Positions 45,667-55,101 are shown, counted from the stretch's first letter. The stretch: 64,000 nt of DNA from Candidatus Micrarchaeota archaeon (GCA_020854825.1 JAHKLY010000001.1:186844-250843); one strand, 5' to 3'. The notes: generated by a model not told the origin, from the sequence alone. A program made the numbers and translations.

Positions 45667-45926
45667 CCCGCGGTAGCTCAAAGCTTTGAATTATTTTATT
45701 TTAAAGCGAGCAATGGTAGAGCGATCGGCTGTAACTTTTTTCTTTCTTTAAAAAGAAAGAAAAAAATTAACAAAAAAGAAAGAAACAAGTGGTCAAAGTA
45801 CGATGCACAATTTTGTGTTGGAAATCGCTCTGAAACCGATAGGTTGGGATTTCGAAACACTTTTTTCTGTTTTAAGAAAAAAGAGAACCCATACTAAAAA
45901 TATGGACGAAGATATCTCCCGCGGGA
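45667..45926 (+). tRNA. tRNA-Tyr(GTA) with three introns (D-loop about 31 nt, anticodon loop about 100 nt, T-loop about 55 nt)
   Basis: Reads CCCGCGG-TA-GCTC-AA[intron]..TGGTA-GAGC-G-ATCGG-CTGTAA[intron]A-CCGAT-AGGTT-GGGAT-TTCGAA[intron]T-ATCTC-CCGCGGG-A. The C1:G72 archaeal Tyr identity pair is present. The 99-aa track ORF 45598..45897 is an artefact. Confidence 0.8.
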
Positions 45927-45951
45927 TATTCTTTTTTATAAGGTAATCAGA

Positions 45952-46185
45952 ATGAATAAAGTAATTATTGCAGGATATAATTTAAATGGAAAATCAAAAA
46001 TATCAAAAGAGGTATTGGGCCGAGAAGTTTTTCAAGTACTATCCGGAAGATTTTGTTGTATTGGTATTGTAGAAAGTATTACTAAATCTAGGGGAGGGTT
46101 CAGAGTTCAATCACCAAAAAAAACATTATTTTTCTCAATTAATTCAATAAGTGATGGTTCAAAGGTCTATTCTGAACACAGATGA
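45952..46185 (+). CDS. Hypothetical small protein (77 aa)
   Basis: ORF only; no motif recognised. Weak call. Confidence 0.3.
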   Translation: MNKVIIAGYNLNGKSKISKEVLGREVFQVLSGRFCCIGIVESITKSRGGFRVQSPKKTLFFSINSISDGSKVYSEHR

Positions 46186-46213
46186 TTTAAATTTAACTAT
46201 ATTAATAATTATT

Positions 46214-46927
46214 ATGGATTTTTTTAATTTTTGGGATGTATCTAAAATAATAGGAGCAACAATAATTATTGGGTTTTTATTAATTTTAGTTTTATCAGTT
46301 ATTTCTTTATTTTTATTATCTAGATTTCATAAGAAAGGAAAAATAATTTTTCCGTATGTTATTTTAAGCATGGTGAGTACCTTAGAAGTTCCAATTGAAA
46401 GAATACTTAATTTCTTTCAAATAAAAGAAATTGATTTAGATTTAATAATAACTAAATTAAGAAATAAATTAAATAAAAAAGCTTTTTCTAAAGTTCCTTT
46501 AAATGAAAGAGCGATTTTTTTCCCTCAATGTTTAAGAAGTTTTGAATGCCCGGCAAGAACAGGGGAAGAAGGAATTTATTGTATAAATTGCAGAAAATGT
46601 GGCTTAGGACACATAATAAAAGAAGCAGAGCAATTAGGATATAGGGTGTTTATAGCACCAGGAAGTTCATTAGTTAAAAGGATGGTTAAACAATATAAAC
46701 CAAAAGCAGTTTTAGGTGTTGGATGTTCGATGGAAGTCAAAGAAGGAACTGCATTAATAGAATCTTATGGTATACCTGTCCAAGCGGTTTCATTATTAAG
46801 AGGAGGATGTGTAAATACAAGAATTGATTGTTTTGAATTATTAAAAACTATTTATTTAGGTGTTGATATATCAGAAAAAGAACTTAGAAAAAAAGCAGAA
46901 GAAGCAAATAAGTTTTGGAAAGATTAA
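46214..46927 (+). CDS. DUF116-family protein (membrane-anchored, Cys-rich)
   Basis: FFPQCLRSFECPARTGEEGIYCINCRKCGLGHI...GYRVFIAPGSSLVKRMV...PKAVLGVGCSMEV is the DUF116 pattern. Start taken at ATG 46214. Confidence 0.7.
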   Translation: MDFFNFWDVSKIIGATIIIGFLLILVLSVISLFLLSRFHKKGKIIFPYVILSMVSTLEVPIERILNFFQIKEIDLDLIITKLRNKLNKKAFSKVPLNERAIFFPQCLRSFECPARTGEEGIYCINCRKCGLGHIIKEAEQLGYRVFIAPGSSLVKRMVKQYKPKAVLGVGCSMEVKEGTALIESYGIPVQAVSLLRGGCVNTRIDCFELLKTIYLGVDISEKELRKKAEEANKFWKD

Positions 46928-47400
46928 ACAAAATTATTTGCAACAAATGTTCCAACTAAATGTGTTATTATGATTACTAAAACTGCAATTAATAAATGTT
47001 CTCCAATAACTTTCCAGGGATTTGATTTTCTTTTTTTTGCAATTTTATAACTTAAGATACTTAATACTGATAATCCCCAAATTATACTTATTATAATTGC
47101 AGTAGTGAGATCAAATATTATAATTGGTATAACAAATGTCAATGCAAAAAGTAATTTACATAAGAAAGTAGAGAGTGTAGATTCCCATACATGATTATCT
47201 TTATTTTGTTTATCAGATTCTTCAGATATGTGTATTCCTAATGCATCTGAAAATGAGTCAGCAATTGCAATTGTTAATATCCCTCCTAATACGACTAATT
47301 TAGAATGTGTTCCTGCACTAAGTCCAACCATTAATCCAAGAGTTGTAATAACTGCAGAAGTTAATCCAAAAGATAAACCTGTTTTAATAGATGATTTCAT
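46924..47400 (-). CDS. VIT1/CCC1-like (DUF125) membrane protein, short form
   Basis: GLSFGLTSAVITTLGLMVGLSAG...IAIADSFSDALGIHISEES followed by TM helices. Confidence 0.6.
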   Translation of the reverse strand: MKSSIKTGLSFGLTSAVITTLGLMVGLSAGTHSKLVVLGGILTIAIADSFSDALGIHISEESDKQNKDNHVWESTLSTFLCKLLFALTFVIPIIIFDLTTAIIISIIWGLSVLSILSYKIAKKRKSNPWKVIGEHLLIAVLVIIITHLVGTFVANNFV

Positions 47401-47489
47401 TCTTTAATATCAAAAGAGCAATATAAAATACTTTGCCCGGAAATCTACTCTCTAAAAACCCTTTTAAACTAAAAGACAGTAATAGTTAA

Positions 47490-50168
47490 ATGGCCAAATT
47501 ATTAGATATGCGCATAGAACGATTAATTACTGAGCGCTTTAAGGATTTAACTGAAATACAAAAAAAATCTTTTGAAGCAATACTTAATGAAAATAATACT
47601 TTAATAATAGCACCAACAGGACACGGAAAAACTTTAGCAGTTATGCTCCCAGTATTCCATAATATAATAGATACTGAAAATAAAGGTATTCAGGTATTAT
47701 ATATAACTCCATTAAAGGCTTTAAATAGAGATTTATTGGAAAGAATTGAATGGTGGTGTAATAAATTAGGTATTTCCCATGCAGTAAGGCATGGGGATAC
47801 ATCAATATCTGAAAGAGCAAAACAAACAAGAAAACCTCCAAAATTATTGATTGTAACTCCAGAAACATTTGGGGCAATATTAGCAGCACCAAGATTAGGT
47901 CAGGCGTTAAAGAATTGTAAGTATGTAATTATTGATGAAGTTCATAGTATTTGTGATAATAAAAGAGGCGCACAATTAAGTTTAGCACTTGAAAGATTAA
48001 AACAAAAAACAAATCCCCAGATAATAGGTCTAAGCGCAACTATAGGTTCTCCAGAAAGTATAGCAAAGTATTTATCCCCAAATAAAGAATGTCAGATAGT
48101 ATCATTAACTGAACCAAAAAAAACAGAAATTTTTGTAGAAAAACCAAAACCAGCTATAAATGTACCTAAAAATTTAGATTTAGATGCAGAGGCAGTTGGT
48201 AGATTATATAGAGTAAAAGAAATAATTGAAAAAGATAAAACCTTAATTTTTGTTAATACGCGCCAAGTAGCAGAAGCATTATCTTCTAGACTGCATTTAT
48301 TAAAAGTTAAAATAGGGATTCATCATGGTTCTTTAGCAAAACAAGTTAGATTGAGAGCTGAAAAAGATTTTAAAGCAAATCAAACAGAAGCACTTTTAGC
48401 TACGAGTTCTTTAGAATTAGGTATAGATATTGGAGATATCGAGAATGTGATACAGTATATGTCTCCAAGACAGGTTTCTCGGCTTATTCAAAGAATAGGG
48501 AGAAGCGGACATGGAATAAATAGAATTTCTAGAGGCCATATAATAGTTTCAGATATGTATGATACACTTGAATCTTTAGCAGTGTCATTACTTTTAAAAC
48601 AAGGAATCCAAGAAAAAAATAATATAGAATCTAAAGCAATAGATGTTATTGCACACCAATTAGTTGGACTTCTTTTAGAAAACGAACAAATTGAGTTAAT
48701 GAAAGCACATAAGATTTTAGAAAAAGCTGCAGCATATAATATTTCTTATGGGGAATTAGAAGAAGTTGCAGAGCAATTGAGCAAACAACGAATATTATAT
48801 TTAGATAAATCTGATAATACTTTGAAAAAATCTTTGAATACTAGAACTTATTATTATACTAGATTATCAACAATTCCAATAACTGTTCGCAGATTAGTTA
48901 AAGATATTGAATTAAATAAAGTTGTATCTACATTAGATGAAGCATTTGCTTCTTCCTTAGAAATTGGAGAAACATTTATTACAAAAGGACTTCCTTGGAG
49001 AATAGTTGAATTAACAGAAGAAGAAGTATTAGTAGAAGCAGGCGATGATTTTTCACTATCGTTACCAGATTGGGAAGGAGAACAAATCCCAGTACCATTT
49101 ATAGTTTCTCAAAAAGTAGGAGAGTTAATGGATTTATATTATAATAAAAAGATTTTAGAAATAAATAAATATATAAATTTTGTTGGAACTCTGGACTTAC
49201 CAGATGAAAAATGGTATCCAAAAAAAGATGAATTGATTATAGAATGTTTTGCAGATTTAATAGTTATACATTCATTATTTGGTACAAAAACAAATGAAAC
49301 AATTGGCAGATGTTTATCATATTTATTAACAATAAAACAAGGCACAAGCAATCAGTTAATAGTAGACCCTTATAGTATTATTATTAATACTTCCAAGGTT
49401 GTTAAATCACAAGAGATCAAAGATTTGATTGAAAATTTGGAAGATATAAGAGCATTAATAGAAAATTCTTTAGCTGACTCAAAGTTATTTTTATTTAAGT
49501 TTAATCATATTGCATATAATTTTGGATTAGTAAATCAAAAACAAGGAGTTTCAAAAAGAGCAGTCAAATATTTAACTCAAACACCGATTTATAAAGAAAC
49601 AATGCGGGTTTTACTTTCTGATTATTTTGATGTTCCAAATGCAATCAAAATTATTGAATTGGTAAAAGCAAATAAAATAATAATAAAATGCAAAAATCCA
49701 AAGGAATTAAGTGAATGGAGCAGGCAAGTTTTGACAAAAGTGCATGCAGGAGAATTAATGGCACCTATAGAGCCACACAGTGAAATAATGAAAGCGTTTG
49801 CAAAACACCTTTTAGAAAAACGCATTAAATTAATATGTTCAAATTGTAACAGACCGTTCTACATTAAAATAGATGATGCAGATGAAAAGATAAAATGTTT
49901 AAATTGTAAAGGGTCTGTTATTGGATATGCAGGATTTTTTAAAGACGGAAAATTAGTAGAAAAAAACAAAAAGTTTATAGATGAAAGTGCACCCCTTATA
50001 CAAGCATATGGTAAACGTGCATTAATTGCTTTAAGTGTTTATGGGATAGGACCAGAAACAGCAAGAAGAATATTACAAAAAATACATAAAGAAGAAGATC
50101 ATTTTTTCTATGATTTATTAGAAGCGCAAAAGAATTTTATAAAGAATAAAAAATACTGGCGCATGTAG
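47490..50168 (+). CDS. lhr: Lhr-type ATP-dependent DEAD/DEAH-box helicase
   Basis: APTGHGKT, DEVH, SAT and QRIGRSGH, plus a long Lhr-type C-terminal extension with a zinc ribbon CSNCNRPF...CLNCKG. Confidence 0.85.
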   Translation: MAKLLDMRIERLITERFKDLTEIQKKSFEAILNENNTLIIAPTGHGKTLAVMLPVFHNIIDTENKGIQVLYITPLKALNRDLLERIEWWCNKLGISHAVRHGDTSISERAKQTRKPPKLLIVTPETFGAILAAPRLGQALKNCKYVIIDEVHSICDNKRGAQLSLALERLKQKTNPQIIGLSATIGSPESIAKYLSPNKECQIVSLTEPKKTEIFVEKPKPAINVPKNLDLDAEAVGRLYRVKEIIEKDKTLIFVNTRQVAEALSSRLHLLKVKIGIHHGSLAKQVRLRAEKDFKANQTEALLATSSLELGIDIGDIENVIQYMSPRQVSRLIQRIGRSGHGINRISRGHIIVSDMYDTLESLAVSLLLKQGIQEKNNIESKAIDVIAHQLVGLLLENEQIELMKAHKILEKAAAYNISYGELEEVAEQLSKQRILYLDKSDNTLKKSLNTRTYYYTRLSTIPITVRRLVKDIELNKVVSTLDEAFASSLEIGETFITKGLPWRIVELTEEEVLVEAGDDFSLSLPDWEGEQIPVPFIVSQKVGELMDLYYNKKILEINKYINFVGTLDLPDEKWYPKKDELIIECFADLIVIHSLFGTKTNETIGRCLSYLLTIKQGTSNQLIVDPYSIIINTSKVVKSQEIKDLIENLEDIRALIENSLADSKLFLFKFNHIAYNFGLVNQKQGVSKRAVKYLTQTPIYKETMRVLLSDYFDVPNAIKIIELVKANKIIIKCKNPKELSEWSRQVLTKVHAGELMAPIEPHSEIMKAFAKHLLEKRIKLICSNCNRPFYIKIDDADEKIKCLNCKGSVIGYAGFFKDGKLVEKNKKFIDESAPLIQAYGKRALIALSVYGIGPETARRILQKIHKEEDHFFYDLLEAQKNFIKNKKYWRM

Positions 50169-50171
50169 GCC

Positions 50172-50202
50172 TTTTTCTTTCTTTTAAAAAAAGAAAGAAA
50201 AA
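50172..50202. terminator. Perfect 14-bp polypyrimidine/polypurine hairpin directly after the lhr stop
   Basis: TTTTTCTTTCTTTT-AAA-AAAAGAAAGAAAAA. It is also a member of the hairpin family seen in the tRNA introns. Confidence 0.4.
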
Positions 50203-50364
50203 CTCCTGGGAAAAAGAAAGAAAAAGAAAACAAGACAAAAAGAACAAAGAAAAGGCCTTAGGAAAACGGAGAATTTTCAAAAACTATTCTAGATTGAATA
50301 ATTCTAAACAGAATAGTTTCTTAAAAAGTGTTCATAAAACGTGAACGTAATTTATTATTCTGAT

Positions 50365-50404
50365 TTTCTTTCTTTCCCAAGGGTTTCTATCAAAAGAAAG
50401 AAAG
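50365..50404. terminator. Hairpin directly after the stop of the minus-strand gene 50407..51000
   Basis: TTTCTTTCTTT (50366-50376) pairs with AAAGAAAGAAA (50393-50403). Confidence 0.35.
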
Positions 50405-50406
50405 GC

Positions 50407-51000
50407 TTATTCTTTAAAATTAGTTGAAACGTTTATTAATTCTGCATTTCTTGTTAATTCTACAATATAATAAAAATCAGCAGTTTCTGAATTCCATTCA
50501 ACGATCCAATTATCTTGACTATTTGTAGGTGATTTAACATTAGATTTTGCGTTGAGATACTGGTCTAAATATTGTTTAACATTTTCTGTTCCCTCAATTG
50601 TGTGCGAAGCTATAATTGCCTCTTCATTAAATATTAAATAACAAATTGATTGTCCAACACAAATTTCGCAATTTTTAGTAATATAATCTGGAGGCTGAGT
50701 TACAAAACCTTGTTCAGGATAGTTATAATATAAATGAATTCTTTCAGGACAAGGAGAGGTAGGATTAACAGTAACTCTTGCTTTTAAAGTATAATATTTG
50801 CCCTTTCCTTCTTCTATCGGTTGATTTTCAGCAATAGAAATAATCTCAAATTCAGCAGTATTTCCATATTTTGCTTTTAAATCTTCTAATACGGATGTTT
50901 CTGCATCTTTTTCAGTAAGTGGTGAAGTCCAATTATATAAAAATAATAAGCAAACAGAAATTATTATTAATAATGATACTATCCACCCAATTGTATTCAT
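50407..51000 (-). CDS. Hypothetical membrane-anchored extracytoplasmic protein (197 aa)
   Basis: N-terminal TM helix is IGWIVSLLIIISVCLLFLY. Cys pairs are present (PCPERI, NCEICVGQSICY). No family recognised. Confidence 0.5.
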   Translation of the reverse strand: MNTIGWIVSLLIIISVCLLFLYNWTSPLTEKDAETSVLEDLKAKYGNTAEFEIISIAENQPIEEGKGKYYTLKARVTVNPTSPCPERIHLYYNYPEQGFVTQPPDYITKNCEICVGQSICYLIFNEEAIIASHTIEGTENVKQYLDQYLNAKSNVKSPTNSQDNWIVEWNSETADFYYIVELTRNAELINVSTNFKE

Positions 51001-51032
51001 AGTATCTCATTATGAAGAAAGAATTTAAATTC

Positions 51033-51572
51033 TTATCTATGTTTAAATTTCAAGTTTTTTTGATTGGCTCCATATTTTTTAAGAACCATACTGCTTGTTA
51101 AATTACATGTATCATCCATTTCAAATCCTAATTTTTTTACTAATTTTTCTATATCTTTAGGTTTTCCTTCAATTTCCATATATGCAGGTATTTTAGGGTG
51201 TTGGTCTAATTCAATTTTAACTTTTCCAAGAACATATGAAGTTCTTATTTTTTCACATTCATTAATACATTTTAAACCTATTTTTTTGAATATTTTTTTT
51301 GTACTTCCAAAATCACTTACTTTGGTTTCTGTTTCTTCCCTAACTTTGAATTTACCTTTGTTCTTTCGTTTAGTTTTATGTGTTATTTCTACAGTGTTTC
51401 CATATTTTCTTAGTCGTAAAATAGATTTACTTTTTGATATTTTTTGATCTTCAAAATCAAAGAAATTAATAGTTACTAACCCTTTATATGTTTGTTTTGC
51501 ACCTAATGTTTTAAGTTTAGATTTAATTGTGTTAATATTAATGTTTAATATCTTTATTTCTGTTTCATCCAT
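51033..51572 (-). CDS. CYTH-domain protein (class IV adenylate cyclase / triphosphatase family)
   Basis: N-terminal EIK motif (MDETEIKI), then SILRLRK...VEITHKTK...REETETKV...IELDQHPKIPAYMEIEG, typical of CYTH/CyaB. Confidence 0.75.
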   Translation of the reverse strand: MDETEIKILNININTIKSKLKTLGAKQTYKGLVTINFFDFEDQKISKSKSILRLRKYGNTVEITHKTKRKNKGKFKVREETETKVSDFGSTKKIFKKIGLKCINECEKIRTSYVLGKVKIELDQHPKIPAYMEIEGKPKDIEKLVKKLGFEMDDTCNLTSSMVLKKYGANQKNLKFKHR

Positions 51573-51597
51573 AAAAAAATATATATTCAAAATATTT

Positions 51598-52773
51598 TTA
51601 AATTAGTAGTAGAATAGAAGGAATAATTATAACCCCCATTACATGAACTCTTTTTGTTCCTAAAAACAAAGGTAAAGAACCAATAGCTGTACCTGCAACT
51701 AAAGTTGCAATTCCTAAGGGGCCAGAAATCACGATTATTAATATACTTAAATATAATATCAATGCAATATACAAATGTTGGGTATTAATTTCAAATAATT
51801 TTCCTAATTTTTTATAAATGAACAAAAGAAAAATTGCGGACAAACTTATAGATATTACAAATCCAAACATTAAAGGAAATAGGTTATTTAATGAAGGTTC
51901 AATTAATTGTGAGACATAAGATAAAGCACCAACTCTTGCCTTTCCAATTGTTTCTAAAGATGCAAAAGCAAAAATGATGTGGCTTACTGCGATTGAAGAA
52001 GTGAACACTAAATATTTTTTTGGGCACGCTAATAAAAGTGGAGATGCAAAAACAGCTAATTGTGCAGGTGTAGCTATACCTGGGAATAAATCTGCAATGA
52101 ACCCTAAAACAATTCCTGCTAATAAGGGAACCCAGAAATTAAATTCAATTTCTTCATCTTTTTGTTTTGGTATTTTTGGTTTTGACCATAAAGTTGCAAT
52201 TAACGTACTAAATGCAAACAACCCTGTAAAAATTGGAAATAAAGGCTCTCTTATAGGTGCATTTATTGTTAAAATTCCAAGGATTCCTGCTAAAATAAAG
52301 ATTGCACTTGCAAATATTATTTTTTTTATTTCTTTTTCTGATAATATCATAAATACAGAAGCAAATAGTAAAATAAAAATAAGATACGGAGAGATAATAT
52401 TAAAAGAAATAGGAAACAGAATTAACACAATTGGGAATAAACATAAAGATAAAAATATACTTATTAATGATGAAATAATTACTAATTTTATTGCACTCAA
52501 TCCATTGCCCTCTAGTACTAATTTTTGTCCAGGCAATACGGATATATATGTGGAATCCTCAGGAACTCCAAAAAATATTGCAGGGACAAAAGAGATTAAA
52601 GTATGGGATCCTAATCCTGCCATAATCACAAAACTTAAAAAACTAGGATCTAAATTAGTTTCCATTAATATTGCGCTTATTGTATTTGAATGGATTCCTG
52701 GAATAAATCCTGAAAAAGCTCCTAATAAAAACCCAATAATAATTGAGAATAATTTTTCAATCATGTTAATCAC
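51598..52773 (-). CDS. TctA-like (DUF112) polytopic membrane protein
   Basis: About 10 TM helices. GFIPGIHSNTISAIL near the N-terminus resembles DUF112/TctA. An alternative start ATG lies at 52764. Confidence 0.5.
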   Translation of the reverse strand: MINMIEKLFSIIIGFLLGAFSGFIPGIHSNTISAILMETNLDPSFLSFVIMAGLGSHTLISFVPAIFFGVPEDSTYISVLPGQKLVLEGNGLSAIKLVIISSLISIFLSLCLFPIVLILFPISFNIISPYLIFILLFASVFMILSEKEIKKIIFASAIFILAGILGILTINAPIREPLFPIFTGLFAFSTLIATLWSKPKIPKQKDEEIEFNFWVPLLAGIVLGFIADLFPGIATPAQLAVFASPLLLACPKKYLVFTSSIAVSHIIFAFASLETIGKARVGALSYVSQLIEPSLNNLFPLMFGFVISISLSAIFLLFIYKKLGKLFEINTQHLYIALILYLSILIIVISGPLGIATLVAGTAIGSLPLFLGTKRVHVMGVIIIPSILLLI

Positions 52774-52778
52774 AGTAA

Positions 52779-53270
52779 TTATGAGAAAGTTAATTCTTCA
52801 ATAATTTTAACTGGTAATCTAAATTCTATCTCTAATTTGTATTTGGTAAAACCTAAACACCCACATCCAAACTCATCTGTTTTTGAAAAGAGTCCTCCTA
52901 TTAATTGTATGCTGTTTTTTTCATCCCAAAGTTCTCTAATAAATTGGGCAACATTTAACCACCCAGTTCTAGAAGGTTGGGGATCATATTCTATAGTTGG
53001 AATGACAATGGGATTAGAAATATAAAATCTAGATATTTCTTCAAGTGTATTTAGAACACTGTCTTCCTCTTCAAGAATAATCAGATAATTTTTTAATTTT
53101 CTTAATGTTTCTTGTAATCCTAATTCATAGCTACGATTTTTTTCATCATTTTTTTTAAAAAAGAAAGGATGAACTGCTACAGTTACTCCTCTTTTTTCAG
53201 AAATTAGTTTATCGTAGTCTGTTGTTGAATATATCCCCTGTTTTAATTTATATATTTGATCAATTGACAT
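52779..53270 (-). CDS. Hypothetical protein (163 aa)
   Basis: Clean ORF in the operon with flanking minus-strand genes. No motif recognised. Confidence 0.45.
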   Translation of the reverse strand: MSIDQIYKLKQGIYSTTDYDKLISEKRGVTVAVHPFFFKKNDEKNRSYELGLQETLRKLKNYLIILEEEDSVLNTLEEISRFYISNPIVIPTIEYDPQPSRTGWLNVAQFIRELWDEKNSIQLIGGLFSKTDEFGCGCLGFTKYKLEIEFRLPVKIIEELTFS

Positions 53271-53328
53271 GATATATTTATTTTTTCTTAGTTTAAAAAC
53301 CTATTGTTTAATTAAATACCACGTATCT

Positions 53329-53685
53329 TTATGGATAAGTTATCTCATTTGCATAAACAGTAATTCCTTGATAATAGGATTTTGTTACTCCTATAACCTT
53401 TACAAAATCTTTTTCAGATAAAATTTTTAAAATTTCTAAATCATTTTGACATATAACAGTTAAACAATTACCATCACATATTCTTAATGAAACAGTTTTT
53501 TCATTAAATGTTATTTTTTCTATTGTTCCTTGAAATTCAATTAATGTATCTCTAGGAATTTTGTTAGTAGGTGTAGAATATAAAGAAATTTGAGTTGCAA
53601 TTGTAGTATTTATAAATATAAATAATAATACAATTGATAAAACAGCAATTGAAAGTGCTAATAATATAATTTTTTTATTATCCAT
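53329..53685 (-). CDS. Membrane-anchored OB-fold-like protein (118 aa)
   Basis: An N-terminal TM helix, followed by a segment resembling tRNA_anti-type OB folds (IEFQGTIEKITFNEKTVSLRICDGN...VKVIGVTKSYYQGITVYANEI). Confidence 0.4.
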   Translation of the reverse strand: MDNKKIILLALSIAVLSIVLLFIFINTTIATQISLYSTPTNKIPRDTLIEFQGTIEKITFNEKTVSLRICDGNCLTVICQNDLEILKILSEKDFVKVIGVTKSYYQGITVYANEITYP

Positions 53686-53689
53686 TTAA

Positions 53690-54073
53690 TCATCTTATTA
53701 GATTTTCAAAAAGCATTGTATTTTCAGCAATTTTCCAAGAGACACTATATCCTTTTGGAGTTTTATTTAGTAAATGTAAGGGTATAAATCTCCAGCCTTT
53801 TCTTGAAACTCTCCATGCTACCATCGTAGTAATTCCAGTTATTTCTTCCCATTTTTTTAATCCATTTATTTGATCTGGTTTTAAAGATAAAGAAGTAGTA
53901 TCCCAAGCTTTACATTCAAGTGCATATTGTTTTCCTTTTCTAAAAACTAGAATATCTGGAGATAATGAATTCCCTCCGGATCCGGCTGCGCGTATTACTT
54001 CAAAACCTTGTTCTGAAAACCATTTAATTAATTCTCTTTCAGCTCTTGCGCCTTTTCTATATTTGCTAACCAT
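53690..54073 (-). CDS. hjc: Holliday junction resolvase Hjc
   Basis: KGARAERELIKWFSEQGFEVIRAAGSGG....PDILVFRKGKQYALECKA is the archaeal Hjc E...D...EXK signature. Confidence 0.9.
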   Translation of the reverse strand: MVSKYRKGARAERELIKWFSEQGFEVIRAAGSGGNSLSPDILVFRKGKQYALECKAWDTTSLSLKPDQINGLKKWEEITGITTMVAWRVSRKGWRFIPLHLLNKTPKGYSVSWKIAENTMLFENLIR

Positions 54074-54176
54074 AATTTGATTTAAATTATGTAATTTTTA
54101 ATATTATCTATTCCACAAAAAGACTTAAAGGACAAAAGAAGAGCGCTTTTAAATATTATCATTTATAGTATTTAAC

Positions 54177-54722
54177 ATGGAAACGCAAATCAAAGTGGGA
54201 GACTGTATGACTAAGGGAATCTTAGTTTTATCAACTTCCAGTAATGCTAAAGAAGCAGCAGAAGTTATGACAAATGCTAATGTTGGTAGTGTTATAGTTA
54301 TGGATAAAGGAAAGGCAGTGGGTATAGTAACTGAAAGAGATATTGTTAGAAAAGTAGTAGGAACAAATAAAGATCCTGCTAAAATAAAATTAAACAAAAT
54401 AATGGGCCAACCTTTAAGAGTAATCAAAGCAGATACTTCAATTGGTGATGCTGCATTAGCAATGAGAAAATATAGAATAAAAAAACTTCCTGTTATTGAT
54501 AAAAAAGCAATGGTCATAGGAATGATTACTGAAACAGATATTATTAGTGCTTATCCAGGATTAGTAGATGTATTAATTGAAGTTGCTTTACAAAATAGAT
54601 TTACTGGCGGTGAAAGATTTAGTGGAGTTTGTGAACACTGCGGTGCGTATTCTGAACATTTAAAAAGAGTTGGTGGTTTTCTTCTTTGCAGTGAATGCAG
54701 AGAAAAGGATGAAATTGTATAA
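54177..54722 (+). CDS. CBS-domain pair protein with C-terminal zinc ribbon
   Basis: Two CBS repeats (VGSVIVMDKGKAVGIVTERDIVRKV; KKLPVIDKKAMVIGMITETDII) and CEHCG...CSEC. Confidence 0.8.
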   Translation: METQIKVGDCMTKGILVLSTSSNAKEAAEVMTNANVGSVIVMDKGKAVGIVTERDIVRKVVGTNKDPAKIKLNKIMGQPLRVIKADTSIGDAALAMRKYRIKKLPVIDKKAMVIGMITETDIISAYPGLVDVLIEVALQNRFTGGERFSGVCEHCGAYSEHLKRVGGFLLCSECREKDEIV

Positions 54723-54831
54723 AGATACATTTATAAATACAAAAAACCACAAGATAGATGTTAAAACATCAAAAAATTAATAAAATCACAACTTACTGCT
54801 CATTTATATCAAAAGCAGCAGAAAATAGTGA

Positions 54832-55101
54832 ATGTCAATGGAAATAGAAGCAAAAGTAATAACCAATGCAAAGAAAGATAATATACAAATGGAAAATGGC
54901 AAACTTAAAATACGAATAGGTGAACAGCCATTAAAAGGAAAAGCAAATAAAGCAATTGAGAAATTGATAAAACAAGAAATAGGGTTTACTGTGCAAATTA
55001 TTTCCGGGACAAAAGATCGCAATAAAGTATTGCAAATAGATTGCAGTGAGCAGGAGTTAGTGAACAAAATAGGTGATATAAATGGGAAAAACATACATTG
55101 A
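54832..55101 (+). CDS. DUF167 (YggU-like, UPF0235) protein
   Basis: KLKIRIGEQPLKGKANKAIEKLI...VQIISGTKDRNKVLQI matches the GKAN...G..sR.K pattern. Confidence 0.7.
   Translation: MSMEIEAKVITNAKKDNIQMENGKLKIRIGEQPLKGKANKAIEKLIKQEIGFTVQIISGTKDRNKVLQIDCSEQELVNKIGDINGKNIH

Noticed and set aside
45598-45897. 99-aa ORF overlapping the tRNA-Tyr locus
   Set aside because: It reads through the tRNA exons and A-rich introns (KKKINKKERNK). It has no start context and is explained by the tRNA gene.
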